Source: Octopus sinensis (lineage: Eukaryota). Taken from it: a stretch of 64,000 bases of DNA. The notes under the pieces are model-generated. The model did no database searches. It saw nothing but the letters and a program-made list of their open reading frames with translations, and was not told the origin of the DNA. Where the stretch lies: positions 11,470,001 to 11,534,000 of the forward strand of contig NC_043013.1 in NCBI RefSeq assembly GCF_006345805.1. The letters run 5' to 3'. Below, one piece after another: positions 1-15,022 of the stretch (its first letter is position 1; the number at the start of each line of letters is the position of its first letter). The translations under genes and the position numbers were made by a program.

Positions 1-282
1 CCTTTCTAGTGTTATAGAGAGAAACCTCCCTAAGCGTATTTCAATAAAAGTGAAGAATAAAGGATCAAAATCTTTATCTGCACGTTTTGACGGGCATAAA
101 GGGTGGAAAATAGTATGTAGTATACTGGGATATATAAAAATGTTAGAAGTTTACTTTCCAACCTACAAACAAAATTACTTTGGCGCAGACAGACATAATT
201 TTTCAAAAAAGCATTTCACCTGCTCCTACTAAAAAAGAAACAAAGAGCTTTATTTTGAATAAAAAAAAAAAACCTCTTTCAA

Positions 283-515
283 GGTGGCGAGTTGGCAGAA
301 ACGTTAGCACGCCGGGCGAAATGTTTAGAGGTATTTCGTCTGCCGTTACCTTCTGAGTTCAAATTCCGCCGAGATTGAATTTGCCTTTCATCCTTTCGGG
401 ATCGATAAATTAAGTACCATTTAGCACTGGAATCGATGTAATCGACTTAATTCCTTCGTCTGTCCTTGTTTGTCCTCCCCTATGTTTAGCGCCTTGTGAG
501 CAATAAAGAAATAAG
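283..515 (+). mobile_element. tRNA-derived SINE, family A (full copy)
   Basis: Head GGTGGCGAGTTGGCAGAAACGTTAG, B-box-like GAGTTCAAATTCC, central CCTTTCATCCTTTCGGGATCGATAAATTAAGTACC (resembles the MetaSINE domain, from memory). The same sequence recurs more than 15 times in the window. Confidence 0.85.
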
Positions 516-532
516 AAACGTTAGTAGACCGG

Positions 533-725
533 GTGACGCGTTGTGTTCTTGAGCAAAAGACATCATCTCATGTTGCTCCAGTCCACTCAACTGGCAAAAA
601 GGAGTAACGCTGCGATGGACTGGCATCCTGTTCAGCTGAGGAACACATACGCCATTGAAACCGGGAAACCGGGCCCATGAGCCAGGCTAGGCTTTAAGAG
701 GGCGCATTTATTATTTATTATTTTT
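533..725 (+). mobile_element. SINE family C, 3' part
   Basis: Matches the reverse complement of 40482-40730. Contains GATGGACTGGCATCCTG (V-domain-like) and ends in a TTTA-rich tail. Confidence 0.7.
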
Positions 726-1266
726 ATTATATGTGAATATATGCATTTATATATATATGCATACATATATTCGTGCGTCCTTACGATCTGAGATCAAGTT
801 CCTTTGAGGTTGAAATTACATTTCATCATTTCGGAGTCGGCAAATAAATACCAATTGAGCACTGGGATGTATGTAATCGTCTAACCCCTCCCACAAAATT
901 CCTAGCCCTTGTGCCCAAATTTGAAACATATATATATATACATATATATATACATAGATAGATAGGTAGATAAATAGATAGACAGATAGATAGATAGATA
1001 TAGATATAGATATATATGCATATACACACATACTCACATATATATAAATAAATACTTTGCGAATGTAAAGCAGTTTGTTTCTTAGGATCTCAAACTCTCG
1101 TCTACGTATTACACACATACATAAAGTAATATATACGCGCATATACACATATGTGTAAACATACACATGTATATATACTTATATATATATATAATATATA
1201 TAAGTGTATGTGTGCATATACATATCTATATGTCTATATATATGTGTGTGTGTATATGCATGTACG

Positions 1267-1307
<41 letters not shown>

Positions 1308-2318
1308 CCACCCTGATTGTATGCCTGTATGTGCAAACACGGGCGATTGCCTGAAATATACACAAACAGTTAAACAATTGTATATCTGTTTTGTTGGAAG
1401 ATCAATTTTCTTTTTTAAAAACTGCTCATTCGTAAATATTCACTTATTATTTATTATTTATTATTATAATTTTTAATATTGTTATTATTATCATTATTCC
1501 TCCCCCTTTTCCATCTCCATCTCACTTCGCCGTTGTTGTTGTTGTTGTTGTTTTTGTTATTATTATTAATATTATTATTATTATTGTTATTATTATTAAT
1601 CTTCAATTTTTCTTGTTATACGAGTGTGAATTTTCATCTATATAACTAACTAGCATGAATACCTCTTTTTTCCTATATATGCTACACACACATGCACAGA
1701 CATAAGGGTGCCCACACGTACATAATGTATATATACACACACACGCACGCACACAAATAGAATATACATGTATATATGTGTTTATATATATATATATGTA
1801 TATACATATACATATATATATGTGTATGTATATGTATATATATATAATATATATATATATACATTTTGTATATATGTATATATATATATATATATTATAT
1901 ATATATATATATACATTTTATATATATGTATGTGTATATATATATATACATATATATATATATAGTATGTATGTATACTGGTTTACTATTTTTTGGTGTA
2001 CAAGCATTTATATACTGTCTTTTGCTTATCTCCCCCTCTCTCTCTCCCCCTCTGTGTGATTCTCTCTCTCTCTCTCTCTCTCCGTCTATTTCTATCTATC
2101 TATGCGCCTAACATTCATTCTACTCCCTCTCTTTCTGTCACCTTCCTCTCCCTACCACTCTCGTTGTCTGTAGCTTTCTCACTCACATTTTCTGGTAAAG
2201 TAAATGGTTGCAAGCTACAAAAATAAAAACGAGAATCATATACCTTGGTGATGATTATGATTTTTCGAAAAATTCATTTCAAAATTTATCCTACTGGAAA
2301 ACATTCTTATACCGTGAC

Positions 2319-2382
<64 letters not shown>

Positions 2383-2463
2383 TATATAATATATATATAT
2401 ATATATGTACATAGATATATAGATATACACACACATATATATATATACACATATATATCTACG

Positions 2464-2496
<33 letters not shown>

Positions 2497-2531
2497 CATA
2501 TATATCTACGTATATATATATACATAGATAT

Positions 2532-2575
<44 letters not shown>

Positions 2576-2612
2576 ACATACATATATATATATACATATA
2601 TATCTACGTATA

Positions 2613-2652
<40 letters not shown>

Positions 2653-3091
2653 GCCCGGGAAGATATATCTAATTTGACAGATAGTTGTTTACAAAACTTT
2701 CATCGTTGAATTTTTGAAAATTTATTTTTTATATTTATATATCTTTTTCAATTTGATTCTTTTTTTTTTACGTTTGTTGTACTTTATTTTTCTGAGATAC
2801 GCTTTTGATAAAGTTTCCATTTTTTTGTAGTTGTATATGCATTTTCTTTTGGAGAAATGGGAAAATATATATTAGAAAGATTTCACTTTGCTCTCACTAT
2901 TCCTTTCGTTCTTTCGTCTCTTCCTTCCTTCCTTCATTGTTTCTTTCTTTCTTTCTTTTTCTCTCTCTTTCCGTTATGCATATACAACGCTTAAACATAC
3001 ATACACAATCATACATATATACATAAATACATACATACTTATATACATACATGCATGCATTCACAGACACACATATACAAACGTATATATA

Positions 3092-3134
<43 letters not shown>

Positions 3135-4204
3135 ATATATGCATAGTAGGTGCGTATGTGTGTGTGGATGGCTATCTTTTTATCTACATATCTAGATATC
3201 TACGTTGCTACGTTTCTCTCTATATATTTAACTTGGGATCCTACTCATATACACAAATTTTCTACCTTACTAAAATATTTGTATACCCACGTATGTAATA
3301 TTGTAATTCATAACTTTTAATTAACTGAAATTGAAGGGGTGTCACTTGTGACTTTCCTGAATTGGAATTTCCCATTTAAGCTCTGAAAATATTTTCTCTT
3401 CAATTCTTGGCTTGCTAACTTCGTTATTTTATCAATCATGAGGGAATATCTCCAAGGTTCTTTCTAACTTACTACACTTTCATTCCTGTTACTTCATATA
3501 AATACGCAATCCTTGATATTTATTGGTGTATCTCTTATAATCAGTATCCTTTTTTATTCTCTTAATCTTAATGGATCTACATTCATATACTGCTGGCCAA
3601 GCAAGAAGGCTTGTTGCTGCTATTGAAGGTATCTTCTTTGATGTCTTCCGTGAGGACACATGTATTATTATTAAGAATTAATTACATAAATAACAAGCAA
3701 ATCTCCTCCAAAATACTTTGCTCAAATGGTGAAGATGATGTACAGATATTACAGTTGTAGATATACAATAAATTTACATGAAAAAATTAGACGACATAAT
3801 GAAGGATGGAACGCATTTGTAAAGAAACTGTTCGATCAGGGCTTCTCTTCTGTCAAATAACAATAACAGCAACAGACATTGTAGTACAACATTTGCAGAG
3901 TACTCTCAGCGGTCACTGAACCTCTGAGAAAAGCAAGAATTTTCATTGAAATCACACTCTACCACATTAAGGAAGGTTGGATGCTCTGTATATCTAGTAA
4001 TATGCAGAGCATATATACATATATAAATGAAAAATGCCTTAAAAACATTAAATGCTAGATATGCGTGGTCTAGTCTTATATAATATAATCTTCGACAGAT
4101 AACGCATTCAGAACTCACCGGGTTCTAAGTTTTAAGAGCAAAATCGGTGAAATCAACGGCAACAAATCCAACATGTTAGCTACTGTGTTATTGCTAGATT
4201 TATC

Positions 4205-4632
4205 GTATCCATCCTCTCATGTTCTTTTCTACTCTAGGTACAAGGTCTGAAATTTTCGAGGAGAGGGCCAGTCGATTAGATTGACCCCAGTATACAACTG
4301 GTACTTAATTTATCGACCCCGAAAGGGTGAAGGACAAAGTCGACCTCTGCGGAATTTGAACTCAGAACGTAAAATAGATGAAATACTGCTAAGCATTTAG
4401 CCCGGCGTGCTAACGTTTCTTATTTCTTTATTGCCCACATGGGTCTAAACATAGAGGGGACACACAAGGACAGACAAAGGGATTAAGTCGTTTACATCGA
4501 CCCCAGTGACTATTTGGTGCTTAATTTACCAACCCCGAAAGGATGAAAGGCAAAGTCGGCTTCGGCGGAATTTGAACTCAGAACGTAAAGACAGACGAAA
4601 TACTGCTAAGCATTTCGCCCAGCGAGCTAATC
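4205..4632 (-). mobile_element. SINE family A, multimeric copies
   Basis: Reverse complement of family A; body repeated head-to-tail. Confidence 0.8.
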
Positions 4633-4865
4633 TTTCTGCCAGCTCGCCGCCTCTCATATTAAAAAATGATGGATTCCTTGTGTAATGTAGTCTAAAGGAT
4701 ACAATAACTTATCCCTAAGCAATATGTTACTTGACATAGGAGAGAAAATGGTCGGTCATCTCTATGATCAAGAATCACAAATTCCTACCAGTATAATCAT
4801 TAGCAGCAGCTCCATCAACTGTGATCCAAACTATTAGTTTATATGACTATGTTAATATGAGTTTT

Positions 4866-5155
4866 GGCTGTGTGGTAGAAAGCTTGATTCCTAACTGCAT
4901 GGTTCGGGGTTCAGACCTACAACGAGTAACTTAAAGCAAGTAACTTTTACTATATACTGGGGCCGACCAGAGCCTTGTGAGTAGATTTGGTAGACGGAAA
5001 CCGAAGGTAGCCCGTCGTATATATCTATATACATATCTATGTGTGTGTATATTTTAGTTTGTCCCACCGCTGCCACCACCGCTTGACGACCAGCCTTGGT
5101 GTGTTTTCGTCCCCGTAGCTTAGTGGTTCGACAAAAAAAAAGATAGAATAAGTAC
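4866..5155 (+). mobile_element. SINE family B, partial
   Basis: GGCTGTGTGGTAGAAAGCTTG head through the GGTAGACGGAAAC body; homologous to 7464 and 39148. Confidence 0.75.
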
Positions 5156-6871
5156 CATTTCAAGTGGCACACGAATGGATTAAAATTCAGGATTTCTACT
5201 TCTAGGAACACTATGAATGATATGTTATTTAAAATTTCGCCCTTCCAGTCTGAATTTCGACTCTGAGCCTTGTTATGCTGATCTAAAATTTACTAGAATA
5301 TTTATGTTTTTGTAACGTATTGTAAGTTGCTTGAATGCAAAACTAACTGCTGGTATTCTCTTGACATAACCGCCATTTTAGATATGAATTTCTTTACATA
5401 TTTGAACATGCTCAAATCTGCTAATTAATCATTTCTTTCGCTTTATGGATAACATCGTATATACACAAACACAAATACAATTGAATATTGTCACGAGGTC
5501 CTAGGAATTGATAGTATTGGACAAGAACCCATGATTCCTGTGTACTCATTTGGGAATATGATAAGTTCCGACCCCAATGCAAGAATTGCTTTTGTTTGTT
5601 TGCTTTTTGAAAAAAAAAACTTTCTATGTTTTTTTCTTCTTTTATATGTCAAGACTGATTATCGTTGTCTAAATTCCAACAAAGAGAACTTAAGTCACTG
5701 AAGCAAAAGAGCGTTTCTATTTTGTTGAATATTTCAATGAAATTCAGGAAATATATTTCTAAGAACATAATGCTGATATTCAAGTTACGTGTTGTATGTA
5801 TTTGTCTATAGAATACATTATTTTGCTTGTGTGGATGTGTGTATACGTAAGTGTGTGTGTGTGTTTGTGTTCATAGATATGTGAATGTATTCATAGATGC
5901 ATATTAGGAAATATGCACATATTTTATGTAAATATATTGAAAGGTAAAAAAAAAAGAAAAAACAAGAAAAGTATTAAGAAGGACCTCGGTATGAAAAGTC
6001 AAAGTAATTTTTTTAAAAGAAAAACATTTAAAAAATGCCCAAAAGGAAAATGAATTTAGCGTGAAAGAATGACAATGGAGAAATTAAAATGCAAAAAATA
6101 AAATAAAATATTAATGAGATAAATAAAACACAAACAAAAAAATTATAAATGAATATAAAGAAATTAACAAAATACAAGAATTAAAAATGTTGAAATTTTC
6201 TTCAAAATGAAAGAAAAAGTTAGACAGAGGTTCAGTTAGAAATACGGGTGTTAAAATCAAATATATAATAATCTAAATAAAAAAAAATTGTAAAGAGGAA
6301 CTACAAAAGAAGAGAAACAAAAGAAGAATAAGAAACTGAGGAAGAAGGGAAAAGGAGAAAGAGAAAAACTATTAAGAGTTAACGTAGAAATTTCGAATTC
6401 ACTTTCAAAAATGATGTCATTCGAAGCTGTCGAAATTCTAATGATATATGGCGTGAAAAACTGCAACGAGAGTAAGGAAAATGTGTTGGGGATGGCGGGA
6501 AGTTATACTCTATTGTACTACAAACTAACAGATGCTGTGCTCTGTGTGAAGACATCCGCTTTGGCATCTTATATTTTATGTTGCCTCAGTTGATCTAGCA
6601 ATCATGTGTAGGTAGAAGATAGTTTTGGAGGTAGCCTTAGCTTTTCTATACTAAACATCTAGCTTAAGGATTATTGCTGATAGACCTAGGAGTATCTTAT
6701 ACACATACACCCATCCCAAAACACGCTTACATATACACATATATGAACGCATATACTCACATATATACTCACAAAGTATGCTTATCAGTATATATGTATG
6801 TGTGTGTGTCTGTATATACGTTTCTGAATATACACGTTAATACATATGCATATATACAAATATATATATAT

Positions 6872-6904
<33 letters not shown>

Positions 6905-6906
6905 CG

Positions 6907-6950
<44 letters not shown>

Positions 6951-7355
6951 ATTTCATATCTATACGCACATATATACGTGTGTGTTTGTGTGTAGCTAAT
7001 TATATGCATATGTGTATATGTATTCATACATGTATATATATATCGTTGCTATAATGTTAAACTGTTGTATGTGCAAATTTTATCAAATACGATTTTTTTC
7101 AATGTCTATCTTTGCTTGCAATAGCCGGTTCTTTTGGTCAAACTATCGTACCTCCAGCTGCTTCAGATGCCAAGAGGTCAAAATTTGTCCAAGTTTAGTA
7201 TAATGGTTTTGCTATGGAATGGTGAAATTATGTTTTCGTTTGCTGAAAAAGAAATATTTTCGACTCGCAACAAACTTGCACAATAGCAAAGATATACATA
7301 CATATATATTATATATATATATATATATATATCTATATATATATATATATATAGA

Positions 7356-7461
<106 letters not shown>

Positions 7462-7463
7462 TA

Positions 7464-7883
7464 GGCGCAAGAGCGGCTGTGTGGTAAGTAGCTTGCTACC
7501 AACCACATGGTTCCGGGTCAGTCCTACTGCGTGGCATCTTGGGCAGGTGTCTTCTGCTATAAGCCCCGGGCCGACCAATGCTTTGTGAGTGGATTTGGTA
7601 GACGGAAACTGAAAGAAGCCTGTCGTATATAAGTATATATATATATGTGTGTGTGTGTATGTGTTTGTGTGTCTGTGTTTGTCCCCCTAGCATTGCTTGA
7701 CAACCGATGCTGGTGTGTTTACGTCCCCGTCACTTAGCGGTTCGGCAAAAGAGACCGATAGAATAAGTTCTGGGCTTACAAAGAACAAGTCCCGGGGTCG
7801 ATTTGCTCGACTAAAAGGCGGTGCTCCAGCATGTCCGCAGTCAAATGACTGAAAAAAGTAAAAAAGTAAAAGACTAAAAGACT
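7464..7883 (+). mobile_element. tRNA-derived SINE family B, full copy
   Basis: A-box head GGCGCAAGAGCGGCTGTGTGGTAAG, B-box-like GGTTCCGGGTCAGTCC, CORE-like CTTGGGCAGG, internal (TA)/(TG) tract and AAAAGT/AAAGACT tail. More than 10 copies in the window. Confidence 0.85.
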
Positions 7884-7918
7884 ATGTATGTATGTATGTA
7901 TGTATGTATGTATGTATG

Positions 7919-7967
<49 letters not shown>

Positions 7968-8221
7968 CTATCTATCTATATATATGGAAAAAATAAAGCC
8001 AAAGTAGAAATTGCCAAAATTTATTTTATTAAAAGAATTTTAGTACTGGTTTCGGCCATTGAGGCTTTTTCAGTTGTAAGTATGCAAGAAAATTAAATTT
8101 TGGAAAAATTGAATGAAAAGGTTTTTAAGAGAATATTTGCATAGCATTTTCCTTGTTTCTGCTTGTCTCTGTTTCCCTTGTTTACTCTTGTAGGTTTGAG
8201 GTCGTTGCGAATTTTTGGCAA

Positions 8222-8380
8222 AGAAGAAAGAGAAGAAGAAGAAGAGAAGAAGAAGAAGAAGAAGAAGAAGAAGAAGAAGAAGAAGAAGAAGAAGAAGAAG
8301 AAGAAGAAGAAGAAGAAGAAAAGAAGAAGAAGAAGAAGAAGAAGAAGAAGAAGAAGAAGAAGAAGAAGAAGAAGAAGAAG
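8222..8380. repeat. (GAA)n microsatellite
   Basis: Direct reading. Confidence 0.95.
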
Positions 8381-9005
8381 ATTTTCCCAATGAACTCCCC
8401 TAACGACACCAGGCTAACACCTGGTTAAAAAATTTCGGTTAATCCTCATTGAGAAATGTTTTTTTTTATAAACAAATGCATTCTATTTAAAGATCTTCTT
8501 TAGCATATTCAAGGTACATTGTTGTGTCATTCTTGAGTACCCTCGGTGTAATTTTATAAACTTTTCACTAGTGAATGTATGAAGTTAAACAACCCCAAAG
8601 ACGTTCTGATGCTTGCTAGCTGGCTATCAAATTAGCTCTACCCGTTTGTTATGTTTTAAAGAGGAAGTATAATTCACCACTCTAAAACAAAAGCCAATAT
8701 GGCTGACCACCTATTGATTAATCGTTTCTGATCATGAAACACCAAAATAATTGACTCGTTCATCCGAGGAATGAAGAATCGATAAAGATAAATAGAACGA
8801 TCTATAGAGATTGTAAACAAGGTTTGGTTTCTAAATAATCCTCCAGCATATTCTCTGATTTTTCTCACTATTATTGCTCATATACTATGAAATGGAATGT
8901 TAATTAATCATTTAAATCTATCACAACATTTACCGTAAATGGCCAATAGTTGGTGCACAATTGCTGCCAAATCATATTTCAAAACATGTGAGCGTGTCTC
9001 TATGT

Positions 9006-9057
<52 letters not shown>

Positions 9058-9342
9058 TAAATATATATATATAAATATTTAAATATATATATATATAAAT
9101 ATCTATCTATCTATATATATATATATAATATATATATATAATATATATATATATAAGTATATATTATGTGGTGTGTGTGTGTGTGTGTGTTTGTCTGAGT
9201 GTGCATATCGTTGCGTGTTTGTGTATGTATGTGTACGTACGTATACACACATATTCACACATACATGCATATATGTAAGCATATGTATATATATATGCAT
9301 ACATATAGGTATATATATATATGTGTGTATACATATATGCAT

Positions 9343-9381
<39 letters not shown>

Positions 9382-10275
9382 GCATGCATGTATGTATGTA
9401 TGTAGATGTACGTATCTATCTATTTATATAAATATTGTATATATACATATACATATATATGTATAAACATCTATATCTATCAATCTACCTGTCAATATAT
9501 ATATGTATAATTATAAGAGTGTATATATGCGTGTGTGTGCTTATGTGTGTATAGATGAGTTTATGTTCATGTGTACGGTCGTGTGCAATCATGGCTGTGT
9601 GAATTTGCGTGTCTATGTTTGTGTTTAAAACTATATTCTTTATATTTTTCTGCCTATCGTACAAATCTCTTGACTATTATGGTTTTCTTTTGCAATAATA
9701 CTTTCAACAAACGTTCCAGACGGTACAAATTGTCAGCATGAACCATCGCTATGTTAGCCATTTAACGCCCAGCAGACAGGTCAACAAGTCGGAACTATCA
9801 TGGATGAAAATATGAAAATATGTCATTCTTCGCAATTACGTTTTGTTCAGTGCGTTCACAAGACATGAATTTCATGCTACGTACATCTGTAATTTAAGAA
9901 AGTTAAAAATGCCTGGTTGTTTATGCTTGTATAATATAGTGAAATATATTTAACATGATGCATGTCACCATATGTGTGTGTGTGTGTGTCATATTTTTAC
10001 ATACATGTCTGTATATGGTACACACACAGAGACACTCGCACACACACACATATATATATACTTATGTCTGATGCGTAATCTACAAATCAGACATGAATGT
10101 TGTTTCTGTAAAAGAATTTCTCGCTCTTTACATGTATATAAGTATATATATACATACAACTACACGCGCGCATACTTGCATACGTATACATACACATATA
10201 TACAAACTTATTCGCTTCTCTTGTATGTATGTATGTATGTATGTATGTATTTATGTATGTATTATATATATACAC

Positions 10276-10314
<39 letters not shown>

Positions 10315-11721
10315 CATATTTTTAAACTTACAATCATACAACTTAGAATCATGCTCAGACACACATATATGCATGTATATATAAATAGAGAAGATAAATA
10401 TCTATATATTAATATGTAAGATGTATGTTACCCTGTTTCCGAATCTGCATTTGTGTGTGCGCTGAATATATGTATATATATATATGTATATATATATATA
10501 TGTTTATAACTACATAATATATATTATATAATATAAAACATATAATATATAATTACATATAAAATAGCATAAACACATAATACTTAATAGCATGTATAAT
10601 GTAAAGCAATTTGTTCTGATCTTCAGTACTGGGTAAACAGGAAATTTTGCTTTACAAAATAAATATCTTGTACTTAAATGATACTTTGGTGATTCTTTAG
10701 CAAATAGGAAGTTTTTATTTTCCTCCCCACAGAAAATTTTTAGAATTTATTCATAAGCCGATTTCGCATTTGAATACACATTCATTGATAATGATGATCA
10801 TCATCATTCATCATCATTATCATCAAAATCATCATCACCATTTCATATCTGTTTTCCATGCTGGCATGGGTTGGACGGTTTGACAAAACTGTTTAACCAG
10901 GGATCTACGATAAGGTTCCAATCTGGTTGGCATGGTTTCTACGGCTGGATACCCTTCCTAAAAGTCTCTGCCTCTCTTTCTCTCTCACTCTCTCAGTCAC
11001 TCTCTCCTCCCCCTCTATTTTTTGTAAGTATTTTGTACACTGGAAACTTATGTTTTTTACTCGGCATGTTTTCTACTCCTTTTATCGGTGGAAATTTATT
11101 TAATCTATTTACAAGCATTGATCGAGGTTCGAGGAAAATTTCAAACTTTTCTCATCTCAGTTGTTCCAGAGTGTTCTCAGAGCGTCGGACGTGTGTCCCT
11201 TGATTTTCTGAATGAGCAGCTAAAAAGTAAACACAGATATACGTGCACTCATGTATGCGTCTAAACGCTAAGTGTATTCAATGCAACAGTGTACAAGATA
11301 TAAACGTTTCGTGAATCATACTCGACTCTGCGTACGTGAGTTGCCTTCCATTTCTGAATAAAAACTTTAAAATTGACAAAAATAATTATGATCGACATAT
11401 CTATTACTATCATTAATTTCATAACGTATAGAGCTAACTAACTTTTAAACAATCTTCAATTCAAATCAAAGAATTATCGATAGGTGGTTGTTTGAATTAT
11501 AAGAAAAAGAACTAAAATTTCCTTTCCATTTATGAGCATACGCACAATCCTAGGAGTAGCAATGAAATCTTTATGACTTTCTTCCACCTGTTGACTTTAG
11601 AAACTGAGTTTTCTTCAAAATCAACCGCATAACTTTAAGCATATATTAGATAATGCCACATTATATTATGTTAACAAGTAAAATATCATCTCTCAATGCA
11701 ATAAAATGGACTATTTTACTC

Positions 11722-12126
11722 TTTTGCTCTTTTACTTGTTTCAGTCATTTGACTGCGGCCGTGCTGGAGCACCGCTTTTAGTCGAGTAAATCGACTCCAG
11801 GACTTATTCTTTGTAAGCCTAGTACTTATTCTATCAGTCTCTTTTGCTGAACCGTTAAGTTACGGGGACGTAAGCACACCACCATCGGTTGTCAAGCAAT
11901 GGTGGAGGGGGGACAAACACAGATACACAAACATATACAAACATACACATAAATACATATATACGACGGGCTTCTTCCAGTTTCCGTCTACCAAATCCAC
12001 TCACAAGTCTTTGGTCGGCCCGAGGCCTTAGTAGAAGACACGTGCCCATGGTGCCACGCAGTGGGAATGAACCCGGTACCATGTTGTTGGTAAGCAAGCT
12101 ACTTACCACACAGCCACTCCTGCGCC
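11722..12126 (-). mobile_element. SINE family B, full copy
   Basis: Reverse complement of 7464-7883. Confidence 0.85.
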
Positions 12127-12854
12127 TTGATTGGTCAAATTTGCAAATAAATTTAATGGTAGCCTAACATAATCATATATTTTGCTGATTAAACACTCAT
12201 ATAGAGATTAGTTGATTTAATAGGTCGCTATATTTGACACCAAAGCTATAATTTGGAGCTTGGATTAACTTAATTGAATAAACACATCAGGAAACTTTCT
12301 CGTCCGAGGAAAAACATTGCATTACTCCATACGCCAGCTTCAGAACCTCAGACGGGGTTCGAGGGAGTTTATTTTAAACTTTCGATTAAACCTGTACAAA
12401 ACAACACACACACACACAAATCGAAATGGGACCTAAAAAGAACCAAATGTAGTACCAGCAATAAGTCTTCATTTCTAACTTAAATGAAGACGAAATAGAT
12501 CAACGAATAGACATAGAAGAGCTATTTATTTGCAGAAACATTTAAACTAGACTACTGACAGTTTTCTCGTATCGCAACACGTTCAGTGTTAAGAGAAACA
12601 TTTACACGAAACTCGGCTCAATCGATCATGTTGAGTAAACAGTCTCCGCGAGAAAAAGAGAGCAAGTACGGTACGGCGAAATAAATAATAAATACATAAA
12701 CCGCTTGTGTGTGTGTGCGCGTGTGTATGAGCCTGTATGCTTGTATATATATATATGTGTGTGTATATAAATAGGTAATATATTTTCATAGGTGTGTGTG
12801 AAGAGGGTGACAGACTAGGAGACCAACTGCACCTATGCGCGCACGCACACACAC

Positions 12855-12855
<1 letters not shown>

Positions 12856-12950
<95 letters not shown>

Positions 12951-13052
12951 CTGGATATAGATAGATAGATAGATAAATAGATAGGTAGATAGATAGATAG
13001 CTAGCTAGATAGATAGATAGATTGATAGATAGATAGATTGATAGATAGATAA

Positions 13053-13132
<80 letters not shown>

Positions 13133-13140
13133 GTAGATAG
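12856..13140. repeat. (GATA)n microsatellite
   Basis: Direct reading. Confidence 0.95.
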
Positions 13141-14010
13141 ATAAACAGATTAAGAAAGTGAATTAGAGAGAGATAAGGAATGAAAGAAAGAGCGGGAAAG
13201 AGAGATAAAGAAGGAATGTTAAAAATTAGGTAAATGGCGGAGATCAATGTGTAGAGAGGAATTAGTTAGAACTAGAGCATAATTAATTAGAGTATGTAAG
13301 TATATACATGAAGATATATATGCATACGAACGCGCGCACACACACATACACACAAACACACACATATATTCATTTATATATAAATGTATGCATGGGTATG
13401 TATGTGGGCATGTGGGTATAACGGTAAAGAGAGTGTATGAGAAAGATCGAAAAGGTGACAGTTGATCAGACGTACAGTCTGAAAAAGATATTGCCAAACT
13501 GACTGTTTTTAAAAACCAGGTTGGTATCGGAGTTTTGGCCGAATAGTGATTGAAATTCTTTTGAAATACACGAACCGGTTTTTGGCATCTAATGGCGTTG
13601 AAATGACGTGATAGGTAGGAATCATTCTCAACTCCTCACACCTCTGGGATACGGTGGTTTAGAAGCTTATTGTTTCTTTAACACCTATGGAAAGACGTTT
13701 AACGTTATGTTCAATTCATCATTGAGATACCTGCTTAACGACCACATATATTTCTATCGGAATCACTAAAGAGAACAGGAAATCTCTAGCAGAAACTCTG
13801 TAGCTGTCTTTCATAGCACGCACACAAGTACACAGACACACTTAAATATATTCAAACACTTTTATTTATACACATGTATAGATATACGTATTTACAAATA
13901 TATATACACATACATATATACATACATACATACATGCATGCAAGCATACATACATACATACATGCATACATACATACATACATACATACATACATACATA
14001 CATACATACA

Positions 14011-14044
<34 letters not shown>

Positions 14045-14355
14045 CGTACATACATACATACATAATGTATTGTTCCGTGATAGAAAATTCAACAAAACAA
14101 AAAAAGCTGAGGGATAAATATTATTTATTTAAAGGTCACAATACATGTATTAAAGCGCTACTGAGCCTCATGTGTTAAGAATACGGATACATATTCTTCA
14201 GGTGCAAACTACATATAACGAAGTAAAAAAAAAAAAATAATATATATATATACTTAGATATTTTATATCTTCGTCGCTTTCAGCAGATGCTTTCTAACTA
14301 ATAACTCAATACAATATATACAGATACACGCTCTAACACCTCGAAGGAAACACAA

Positions 14356-14680
14356 ATAACAATTGGTGTTCCACAGGGCACTGTCCTGGGGCCACTGGTG
14401 TTCATAGTGGCCCTTTCAGACATGCCCTCAGTTGCTAAGATGGCCACCCTTGCTAGCTATGAGGATGACACAAAAGTCTCCCACACAGTACAAAACCCTA
14501 GAAATATTGCAATCTGCAACAGGAGTTGGATACAATATACAGGTGGGCTGAGGACAACAACATGCAGTTTAATGCAGGCAAGTTCTAGGCCCTGCGCTAC
14601 CGGCACACAAAGGTAAACGACATGCAGACTGGATACACTGGCCCGGGAAGAATTGTAATTCCTGGTCAAATCAGTGCGTG
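14356..14680 (+). mobile_element. CR1/L2-clade LINE reverse transcriptase fragment (decayed)
   Basis: Translates as ITIGVPQGTVLGPLVFIVALSDM...LASYEDDTKV, then after a frameshift LQQELDTIYRWAEDNNMQFNAGKF*ALRY. These are the RT GVPQGSVLGP, YADD and W...NxMxFNxxK motifs. Confidence 0.9.
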
Positions 14681-14970
14681 ACCATGTTTCCATGTGTGAA
14701 TTATCCAAACCTCTAAGAATTCCTTTCAACACATAGCTATGATGCTCCCCAACTACTTCTGCTCGTGATCAGAGATGCACATATCGTCAGCCACTAAGGG
14801 ACATGCTCAACTTGTTAAGGTCAAACAACTGACTAGCAAATCTGTGGTATTGAGCAATATATTTGCTGTAGCCGATCTTTTATACCAAAACAAAAGAATG
14901 TACATGATAACACTTCCAATCAGTTAAGATCAGAAGGCATGTAAGCCACTTGCACCAGGGCAATTATTAC

Positions 14971-15012
<42 letters not shown>

Positions 15013-15022
15013 TTTTATTTTC

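Noticed and set aside
635-670. CTGAGGA...GAAA in SINE family C
   Set aside because: No stems I or II, and the second copy (40.5 kb) lacks the core.
14165-14210. CTGAAGA plus hairpin on the minus strand
   Set aside because: GAAA is replaced by TTAA and there is no stem I; at best a dead relic.
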